Origin: Candidatus Thorarchaeota archaeon
Lineage (GTDB): Archaea > Asgardarchaeota > Thorarchaeia > Thorarchaeales > Thorarchaeaceae
Direction: 5' to 3'
Assembly (NCBI GenBank): GCA_048882485.1
Contig: JBHLRP010000062.1
Coordinates: forward strand, 3,367 to 18,001
DNA: 14,635 bases
The notes under the pieces are model-generated. The model saw only the letters and a program-made list of their open reading frames with translations. It did not search any database and was not told the origin of the DNA. The position numbers and the translations under genes are program-made. This document shows positions 7,501 to 14,635 of the stretch, piece after piece (the first letter of the stretch is position 1; every line of letters begins with the position of its first letter).

Positions 7501-7542
7501 TGTAATCATATCTGAATGTGTTGTGAAAAAGGGGCCGAGCCA

Positions 7543-7890
7543 ATGACAGACGTCATACCTACCACCAAGAACTCCATGAAGACCTCATGCGGACGTTGCG
7601 GCTGCATTATAGTCTACACCGGGAAATTATGCTTGTTCTGCGATGCTGCAAAAGAGATTATCGGAGAAGCAATCAACCAGTATGGTGTTTCTGATGACGT
7701 AATCTGTCAGATTAATGTAGACGAGGGTGAAGGAGCGGCATGCGGATGTGAGGATGTGGTGACAAGCCTGCCCACCATTCGAATCTGCGAGATTGTCCTC
7801 GAGGGTCTTCCAGATGAGGGCCAGGTGACAGATGCCGTCCTTCGCGCACTCATGATGGACTGTTTCTGTGAAAGCCCGACTATGCTGTAG
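7543..7890 (+). CDS. Cys-rich thioredoxin/glutaredoxin-fold protein
   Basis: IIVYTGKLCLFCDAA (beta1-CxxC-helix), INVD, SLPTI cis-Pro loop and GLP. Start is ATG 7543 or 7516. Confidence 0.8.
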   Translation: MTDVIPTTKNSMKTSCGRCGCIIVYTGKLCLFCDAAKEIIGEAINQYGVSDDVICQINVDEGEGAACGCEDVVTSLPTIRICEIVLEGLPDEGQVTDAVLRALMMDCFCESPTML

Positions 7891-7907
7891 GCAATTTCTC
7901 TTTTCCG

Positions 7908-8363
7908 TTAGTTCAATCCCCGTAGAGGATTTGCTGCATGAGCCTTAATGCTGTCTTCTTGCCCTGCAGTTTCAACGGCACAAGGTCTACTCTTCCGTAC
8001 AGACTCGATTGCATCAAGACCATCCGTCTGACCGTAGAGATAGACCTCAGCGATGGCAAGCATTGTGCCCGTTCTGCCACATCCAGCAAGACAGTGGATT
8101 AGTACGGGCTTCCTTTGGTTTAGAGCATTCTTCACAATTTCTACAAACTCCCTCACATTTTGCTCTGAGGGAATTTCGAAGTCTGGAATTAATATCTGGT
8201 GATGCTCCAAGTCGAACTCTGAAAAGTCTGGAAATCCAAACCTTGATTCCAGTGAAATGATCACTTTGATGCCAGCATCAGCGATTTGCTGAAGGTCATT
8301 GATAGTTTCAGGCAGTGAAGCCCCCCACAGCTCACCTGGCCTATGTTCGAATAGCTGAAACAA
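7908..8363 (-). CDS. Dual-specificity/protein-tyrosine phosphatase family protein
   Basis: HCLAGCGRTG (HCx5R) P-loop, IPDFEIP general-acid loop and RPCAVETAGQ Q-loop. Confidence 0.93.
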   Translation of the reverse strand: MFQLFEHRPGELWGASLPETINDLQQIADAGIKVIISLESRFGFPDFSEFDLEHHQILIPDFEIPSEQNVREFVEIVKNALNQRKPVLIHCLAGCGRTGTMLAIAEVYLYGQTDGLDAIESVRKSRPCAVETAGQEDSIKAHAANPLRGLN

Positions 8364-8390
8364 CAGTTGGCACGACCTTTAGCAGTCATT

Positions 8391-8846
8391 TTAGATTTCG
8401 ACTCTAATAGTCTCCCATTTGACTCTGCCAGCTTCCACGGCTTCTTTGATTTTGCGTTCAGTTCGGTTTAGTTTCGCCTCACCAGTCTTGATGTCAGCAA
8501 GAACCACTGTAATGGGCCGCTCGAAAGAGCTGTCTTTCACTTCAGTGTAGCCATCGAAAATCAGATAGTCAATAGGAGCCCCGATGAAACGCGCATCTGC
8601 TGGATTGTATCTAAAGACATCACTCATCATTGGAATCATATGTTCAGCAATTTTACCCTTGATGACATAGCGGCTTCTCTGTGCGGCGTCCTTTCTGATA
8701 TCACCCTCTTGCTCAGCCCAAGTCTTCTCAAACTCAGCAGTCACAAGCTCGATTCTATACCTGAGACGCCAGTTCATGATCCAATAGACAAGAATCGTGA
8801 CTAGCAGTCCAATCCCAAGACCAAGAAGCACATCCTCTAATGCCAT
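8391..8846 (-). CDS. Holliday junction resolvase-like PD-(D/E)xK endonuclease (Endonuc_Holl-like) with N-terminal TM anchor
   Basis: KGKIAEHMIP, DARFIGAPIDYLIFDG, ADIKTG and LNRTERKIKEAVEAGRVKW motifs; hydrophobic N-terminal helix. Confidence 0.88.
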   Translation of the reverse strand: MALEDVLLGLGIGLLVTILVYWIMNWRLRYRIELVTAEFEKTWAEQEGDIRKDAAQRSRYVIKGKIAEHMIPMMSDVFRYNPADARFIGAPIDYLIFDGYTEVKDSSFERPITVVLADIKTGEAKLNRTERKIKEAVEAGRVKWETIRVEI

Positions 8847-9010
8847 AGACTTCTATTCATTTCATAGGATATATGCGCGGGTAATCGCAGGGTATTGCGT
8901 CGCCTAATGCAAGCAGCTTGGTCGTGCAGACATACGATTACCGGGATAAGAACGCTAATAGAGGGCAAATCTTGGGTAGATGAGAAGTATCTCCTGGGAG
9001 TGCAGTCCCT

Positions 9011-10558
9011 ATGCCAGACTCTCGTAAGTTCATCTCTACTTTGTTTGCAATTGCCCTCCTAGTTGGATTCACTACAACTACGGTTCTAGCGGCTGCAGAT
9101 ATGAAGCGGGGTTCTGATAGAATAGCCCATCATTTCGATGGCACAATTGTGGGTTTCACAGAGAATCTGCTTCTATCAACAGATGATAGTTCTTACAATC
9201 ACCATGTAGAGGTCACAATGGTCATCAGTGACAATGGGACTCTCTTCGCCGGTTGGAAGAACTCTGAGACTCACAATGGAGGCGGAGCAAGGGTCAGCTT
9301 CGTCAAGTCAAGCGATGGCGGTGAAACGTGGTCATACCCCTATCATATGCCATTGTTCTGGCGGGATTTTACCTCAAGACAGTCCGACCCTTGGATGGCT
9401 TGGCATGACGGAAAGTTATACTATGCGTATCTCGAGTTCACAGATACAGATTCGCAAATCACTGTAGCAGTGAGCCACGACTATGGAACGTCATGGGACA
9501 CCGTGCAATCCACTTTTGGATTCGGCTTTGCTGACAAAGAAACGATTACCGTCAGCAATGATGGTGTTGTCTATGTTGCATACGATGATTTGGTCGATGA
9601 CGATTCCACCATCAGACTTACACGTTCTCTTAATAATGGAGAGTCATTTGAGGCTGCTAGTGTGATTGCAGAGTCAGACCCGGGAAATGTCGCACCTTAT
9701 CTCGAAGTCAATTCGGCAAATGATGTCTATGTAGTATGGACATACCTCAATGACACGGCAGGTGACCTGTTTCTGGATGCGAGCTATGACCAGGGTCTTA
9801 CTTTTGGAGAGGAGGAGTTCATCAATCAAGATGGTAACCATGCTGCATGGACAACTGCTGGAAATCTGCCAGCCAAAATCACTCTTCCAGTGATACATTT
9901 TGAAGAACGTTCAGGACAAAATGACAGAATGTATCTTCTTTGGGCGGACTTGTTTGACGGAACTCATGATAATTTCGACGTGTATCTTCGGTATTCAGAC
10001 AACTATGGCGAAACATGGAGTCCTAGAATTCTGATTAATCCTGAAACGGAGGGGGACCAGTGGAACCCTGAGATGGCTATTGACTCAACCGGACGGATTC
10101 ATATTGGCTACTATGATGAGCGCGATGGCTTCTATCGACCATACTATCGGTCACTTGTCTTCACCGGGATAGACAGATCAGTTCCTGTGCGCGGACCAGT
10201 GATTCCTATAGCCGAACAGAACACCTCGAGCGTGTTCACAAGACCCGGGGAGTATTTTTCAATAGAGGTGGATGAGCACGACGTGCCGCATATTGTGTGG
10301 GCAGATGGAAGAAATGGCGAGATGGACATCTACTATGCGAGGGGAACACAGGTTCAGCAAACAGAAACGTCAAGCACTACCACAGATACGACATCCACCA
10401 CGACCACCACTGGGGGAAATGTTGAGCCAACAGATGGCTTCTGGTCAGATATAGGCCCACTTGCAATCACGACACTGCAGGTTGGAGCTGTTGCACTACT
10501 GGTATTTGTACTCTATGTGCTTATGCGCCGTAAGCCATGGCTATTGGAGGACCATTGA
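9011..10558 (+). CDS. Secreted, C-terminally anchored BNR/Asp-box (sialidase-like) beta-propeller protein
   Basis: Signal peptide; five Asp-boxes (SSDGGETW, SHDYGTSW, SLNNGESF, SYDQGLTF, SDNYGETW); Thr-rich linker; TM helix followed by RRK. Confidence 0.88.
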   Translation: MPDSRKFISTLFAIALLVGFTTTTVLAAADMKRGSDRIAHHFDGTIVGFTENLLLSTDDSSYNHHVEVTMVISDNGTLFAGWKNSETHNGGGARVSFVKSSDGGETWSYPYHMPLFWRDFTSRQSDPWMAWHDGKLYYAYLEFTDTDSQITVAVSHDYGTSWDTVQSTFGFGFADKETITVSNDGVVYVAYDDLVDDDSTIRLTRSLNNGESFEAASVIAESDPGNVAPYLEVNSANDVYVVWTYLNDTAGDLFLDASYDQGLTFGEEEFINQDGNHAAWTTAGNLPAKITLPVIHFEERSGQNDRMYLLWADLFDGTHDNFDVYLRYSDNYGETWSPRILINPETEGDQWNPEMAIDSTGRIHIGYYDERDGFYRPYYRSLVFTGIDRSVPVRGPVIPIAEQNTSSVFTRPGEYFSIEVDEHDVPHIVWADGRNGEMDIYYARGTQVQQTETSSTTTDTTSTTTTTGGNVEPTDGFWSDIGPLAITTLQVGAVALLVFVLYVLMRRKPWLLEDH

Positions 10559-10785
10559 TAACTACAACAGCACACTCAGTCAAAGAATTGAATCCAGACT
10601 AAATGACTGCGCGATTAAGGAGAATTAGCATAAGCCATCTGATAATGAGAGCATTTTCTCATGTAACAAATCGAAACGTTTCCAGGCCATCTCAAGACTA
10701 GCTTTCCAGCCTGAAGCTGCAACTTCACACCACTAAGGCGGGACATTCATTAAGTGCTAGCTCAGATTCAGAGAAGCTGAGAGCG

Positions 10786-11823
10786 ATGATGAAACGACTG
10801 TTCGATATGCTCAAGACATTGAGTGAAATCCCAGGACCCGTTGGGCGAGAGGGCCTTGTTCAGGAGGAGGTCAAGAACCACTTGGTGAACCTTGGATTGG
10901 AGGTTTCACAGGACAGAATTGGGAATCTCACAGCAACAATGGCTGGGACCAACAAACACTATGCTTTGGTTTCTCATGCTGATGAGGTGGGGTTCCTTGT
11001 AAGCAACATTGACTCTTCTGGATTCATTCGTGTCAAATGGAACACTGCTGGACACATGCCTGATCTAAGACTATTGCCCGGTCAACAGGTGGTGCTTATG
11101 ACCGACGATGGAATGGTCCCAGGGGTCTTCTGTGTGAAGACTGCACATATTGCAGGTCCAGAGGGCAAGAAGAAACTACCGGAATACAGCGAGATATTCT
11201 TGGACATCGGTGCTGCCTCAGCTGAAGAGGTGGAAGAGAGAGGAGTACACATCGGTACGCCTGTGCTCTACGATGCCACGCTAAAGCAGAATGGTCGCAA
11301 TGTTGTTGGTAAGTCAATGGACGACAGAGTAGGTCTCACAATGATGATGGTCATAGCAGAGGAGTTTTCCAAGATTTCTGACAATAACCGCCCCACACTG
11401 ACATTCGTTTCCACTGTCATGGAAGAGATGGGAGCCAAGGGGGCTGCCGCCGTTGCGAGTAAATTGGATGTGGATGGAGTGATCATTCTCGAGATTGGAC
11501 TGGCTGACGACTATCCGGGAACCGCCGGAGAGGCCGGCGTGGCTCTTGGAAAAGGTCCAGTGATTGTTGTAAAAGACACACAGCTGCATTATTCTCAAGA
11601 TATGATTGAGAAATTCGTTGAAATAGCAGGGAAGAAGGACATTCCTATTCAGCGAGCGGTCTATCATAATTATGCTACGGACGGTCTTCAGATGGTAATG
11701 CAAGGACTACTGGTCTCAACTCTGGCCATTCCTTGCAGATATTCGCATAGCAGCTTTGAAACTCTAAATCTCATAGATGTGGAGTACGCAATTTTGCTTC
11801 TCATGGAGTTTCTGAAGGAATAG
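10786..11823 (+). CDS. M42 (TET/FrvX-like) metallo-aminopeptidase
   Basis: GPVGRE, SHADEVG, FLDIGA, SMDDRVG, MEEMG and RYSHS motifs. Confidence 0.92.
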   Translation: MMKRLFDMLKTLSEIPGPVGREGLVQEEVKNHLVNLGLEVSQDRIGNLTATMAGTNKHYALVSHADEVGFLVSNIDSSGFIRVKWNTAGHMPDLRLLPGQQVVLMTDDGMVPGVFCVKTAHIAGPEGKKKLPEYSEIFLDIGAASAEEVEERGVHIGTPVLYDATLKQNGRNVVGKSMDDRVGLTMMMVIAEEFSKISDNNRPTLTFVSTVMEEMGAKGAAAVASKLDVDGVIILEIGLADDYPGTAGEAGVALGKGPVIVVKDTQLHYSQDMIEKFVEIAGKKDIPIQRAVYHNYATDGLQMVMQGLLVSTLAIPCRYSHSSFETLNLIDVEYAILLLMEFLKE

Positions 11824-11828
11824 AAATG

Positions 11829-12227
11829 TCAGTCGTTCTCCATCCCAGTTGGGGCCACGACTACTCTCATCATATCCCGAGAAATGATTGTGACATCTGT
11901 TCCTACCTCAATGATTCCTTCGTTGCATCGAGCTTCCCAAATCTCAGCACCGACTTTTATCTTGCCAGAGCTGATGGTGACTTCTTCAATGACTTTGCCA
12001 CGTAATCCTTCAAGTTCGTAGAACGAGTATGAGCTTTCCTGCAGGCTGGGATATACTAGATAGTACTTGACAATGACAAAAACAGCAGCTCCAATTATCA
12101 GCAGTATCGTGAGGGGGATAAACCAATCAGGAACGAAGAAGTAGGCCAATGCCATTGCAACTGGCACCAGAAAGAGCTCGTCTATTGTAATTGCTATGAA
12201 CTTGACTCTAGGTGAAAGCGAAACCAT
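11829..12227 (-). CDS. Short NfeD-like protein (TM helices plus OB-fold)
   Basis: Hydrophobic N-terminus, then LEGLRGKVIE..GKIKVGAEIWEAR..IEVGTDVTI, the typical NfeD C-domain pattern. Confidence 0.85.
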   Translation of the reverse strand: MVSLSPRVKFIAITIDELFLVPVAMALAYFFVPDWFIPLTILLIIGAAVFVIVKYYLVYPSLQESSYSFYELEGLRGKVIEEVTISSGKIKVGAEIWEARCNEGIIEVGTDVTIISRDMMRVVVAPTGMEND

Positions 12228-12370
12228 TCTTCTCTACAGCCACCCTTTTTCAAGTGTTAATTCATTCCTAGGCTGAAAAGCCTTTGCTAGTGTTTAGCCT
12301 CCTCTTCAGTGGCATCACACAGGACTATTAAAAAGCAGATTGAGGGGCTCGAGTCAAGAGTGACCGCCTT

Positions 12371-13516
12371 TTGAAGACAGAAACCATTCAAGTAATGGCC
12401 GGTGCAGCTATGCTGTCGGCATTCACATATATCCCAATATTGGCACGTGACTACTTGAGTGCAGACGAACTCTTCATAACGCTACTGGTTGGTGCCTACT
12501 CAGCGGCCTCATTCATTTCAAGCTATATTTTTGGCAGAGCTGGAGATATCTACGGTCGGCGAATTGTCGTAAGGCTAGGTCTTCTTGTTTCCGTAATTAC
12601 ATTTGGACTTCTGATGTTTATCCAAAGCCCTGAGGTCTTGCTCATTGCTAGGATACTTGGTGGTTTCTCAATGGGAGTGTATCCTGGAGCCCTTGCAGCC
12701 TATGCATTCGAGTCAAAGATGAAGATGGGTAGATTCGCATCCTTTGGCGCAGCTGGATGGGGGATTGGCACCTTCCTTGCTGGCTTTGCGGCGGGATACA
12801 ATATCTACTATGCTTTTCTGATGTCAACTGTGTTTTTGAGTATCGCATTTGCTAGCGCGATGGCATTGCCACCTATCGAGAGAAAGAAGATCGCAGTGCC
12901 TCTCTTTCCTATCGAAACCATTAAGCGAAACTGGTCGGTCTATACTGCTGTACTAGTTCGCCATAGCACAGCATCTGCTGTCTGGACTTTATGGCCTCTA
13001 TTCTTGACGGATATAGGTGGAGATCCGTTCATAATCGGGATTGTTCAAATGTCTAACGCAATCCCTCAGGTCATTGTAATGATCGCCATCACGGATCGAT
13101 TCGATTGCAAACTCTTGATATCTATGGGAATGATAAGCTCTGCATTGACTTTCTTCTGGTTCACACTAGCCACCAACATACTAGAAATCATCCCGACACA
13201 ATTTCTCTTGGGCTTCTCGTGGGCATGCCTCTATGTTGGAGCGTTAAAGTATGTGACAGAACGAAATGAGGATAGGTCGACTGCCTCAGGGCTGCTCAGT
13301 TCGGTATTGGCACTCTCAATGGTTATTGGCCCAATCATCGCTGCGGCAATTTACTCAATCTGGCCAGGGTACATTCCAATCATGTATAATGCAGTCGTGT
13401 TCTCGTTGATTGGTTATGTTATATTTGTGATAACTAGTCGACGGGAGGTAGCAAAGGAGCTGGCTATTGAGAAATCTTTGAAAAAAACCACAACCACATT
13501 GACTTGTGACACTTGA
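12371..13516 (+). CDS. MFS transporter
   Basis: About 12 TM segments, motif A GRAGDIYGRR and second-half TDRFD. Confidence 0.92.
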   Translation: MKTETIQVMAGAAMLSAFTYIPILARDYLSADELFITLLVGAYSAASFISSYIFGRAGDIYGRRIVVRLGLLVSVITFGLLMFIQSPEVLLIARILGGFSMGVYPGALAAYAFESKMKMGRFASFGAAGWGIGTFLAGFAAGYNIYYAFLMSTVFLSIAFASAMALPPIERKKIAVPLFPIETIKRNWSVYTAVLVRHSTASAVWTLWPLFLTDIGGDPFIIGIVQMSNAIPQVIVMIAITDRFDCKLLISMGMISSALTFFWFTLATNILEIIPTQFLLGFSWACLYVGALKYVTERNEDRSTASGLLSSVLALSMVIGPIIAAAIYSIWPGYIPIMYNAVVFSLIGYVIFVITSRREVAKELAIEKSLKKTTTTLTCDT

Positions 13517-13519
13517 AAG

Positions 13520-13553
13520 AAGAAAGGAGAGGGAGCAACCCCTCTGCTTTCTT
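13520..13553. terminator. Hairpin between convergent MFS genes, probable bidirectional terminator
   Basis: AAGAAAG-g-AGAGGG (13520-13533), loop AGCAAC, CCCTCT-g-CTTTCTT (13540-13553): 13 bp with one mismatch. Confidence 0.7.
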
Positions 13554-14635
13554 TATGCTGCCAACTCAGAGACCTCTTCATCGCCAACTTCGCCAGTCTT
13601 AATGGCCAGTGTCAGCAGAAGGGCAATAATGAGAAATCCAATTGAAACCGGGAATAGAAGTGCCACCGAGGTGAGGTCGAATATCACCCCAGTAATGAGA
13701 GGGCCAAAAATGGCGGCACTCATGCTGAATGCATAATACATTCCAGTTCCCGCACCAAGTCGGGATTTCCCAACCAATTCCCATACAATGACGATTGAGT
13801 TCACATTGATCATTGCCCAGAAGAGCCCTCCAATGCCTAGGAGGCCGAAGAGTGCCCAATAGTCAGTCATGAAAGTAGCGATGACCAGGATTGCTATGAG
13901 TCCCACAAGTCCTGCAAGGATTGTATTTCTTCTGCCTAGACGTCCAGCTACGAACCCTGCTGGGACAGCAAATAAGACAAAGGTAAGTGAGAATGCCGTC
14001 ATGAGAAAAGTGGCCTGATTTGTTTCGAACGAAAGGATTAGATTCCCATACGTTGTGAACCAAGTTTCAAGCGCATTGAATCCGAGGAACCAGAACATGA
14101 TTGCACCAAGGACTGCGAGTGCAGACTTATCGGCCATCGATGTTACTTGTCGGAATGCTTCGATAATGCTAATCTCTTTGGGCTTATCGAGGTCTACCGG
14201 AGGCACCTCAGGTTCTTTCACGACCAAGAAGAGGATTAGCACCGAAATCAGCATGATTATTGAAGTTGTCATGAAGGCTAGTACTGGACCAGCCTGTGCC
14301 GCTGACACTCCCAATATTGCTCCAATGTCCGCGTCATCTATGCCATAAAGCCATGGAGATACTCCAAACGCATAGATTGCTCCAACACCCCCCATGAGGT
14401 TTATGACGCCATTCGCCTTGGAACGTTGTTCTGATGAAACAACATCGGGCATCAACGCCACTACAGGACCTCGATAGAATGCCATTGCCACATTGAATAT
14501 CGTGATCATTGCTAGCATGAACCAGAAACCGAAGAGCGCCCAGCCATATGCGATTAGTGTAAAGAACAGAGCAGCTATTGGAGTCCCAATCATGATATAG
14601 GGCATTCGTCGCCCCCACTTCGTGCGTGTCTTGTC
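13553..14635 (-). CDS. MFS transporter of GPH/SLC45 (sugar:cation symporter-like) type, N-terminus outside window
   Basis: The frame is open to the edge with DKTRTKWGRRMPYI (GPH-type DRTRTRWGRRRP motif), plus ALMPDVVSSEQRSKANG and AGRLGRR. Confidence 0.92.
   Translation of the reverse strand, partial: DKTRTKWGRRMPYIMIGTPIAALFFTLIAYGWALFGFWFMLAMITIFNVAMAFYRGPVVALMPDVVSSEQRSKANGVINLMGGVGAIYAFGVSPWLYGIDDADIGAILGVSAAQAGPVLAFMTTSIIMLISVLILFLVVKEPEVPPVDLDKPKEISIIEAFRQVTSMADKSALAVLGAIMFWFLGFNALETWFTTYGNLILSFETNQATFLMTAFSLTFVLFAVPAGFVAGRLGRRNTILAGLVGLIAILVIATFMTDYWALFGLLGIGGLFWAMINVNSIVIVWELVGKSRLGAGTGMYYAFSMSAAIFGPLITGVIFDLTSVALLFPVSIGFLIIALLLTLAIKTGEVGDEEVSELAA

Noticed and set aside
10365-10412. 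ACN-rich low-complexity tract
   Set aside because: It encodes the Thr/Ser linker of the surface protein and is not an independent repeat or CRISPR array.
10559-10785. Short ORFs (32-43 aa) and small hairpins in the 227-bp gap
   Set aside because: No convincing SD or composition, and stems of 5-7 bp are at chance level.
12270-12283. AGGCT-GAAA-AGCCT GNRA hairpin in a divergent promoter region
   Set aside because: Only 5 bp with no second copy found, so it cannot be distinguished from chance.

Overview
Gene-dense archaeal-looking chromosomal window with no rRNA, tRNA, CRISPR array or mobile element recognised. The 24-aa 'IDLSPL' LRR protein, TPR protein, Thr-linker membrane-anchored propeller and TATA-like boxes suggest an Asgard/Thorarchaeota-type genome (inference only). 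Genes in order: LRR protein (truncated, missing from the ORF track), GNAT, an unannotated 37-aa tail-anchored peptide, msrA, a 4-TM protein, an alkaline-phosphatase-superfamily enzyme, a TPR protein, a 56-aa charged peptide, flavodoxin, M24B peptidase, Cys-rich thioredoxin-fold protein, CX5R phosphatase, membrane-anchored Holliday-resolvase-like nuclease, Asp-box propeller, M42 peptidase, NfeD-like protein and two convergent MFS transporters. The most unusual signals are intergenic. (1) At about 5050-5640 (minus strand) is an apparent stand-alone unit: TATA, ~300-nt multi-hairpin leader tiled by abutting mini-ORFs, the 56-aa peptide ending ETFWRYYIA, 3' hairpins and a U-tract. (2) At 3881-4002 is a hairpin locus with convergent TATA-like boxes and overlapping antisense mini-ORFs. 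(3) At 1438-1551 is the tail-anchored microprotein. All RNA pairings were read by eye; nothing was computed or searched.
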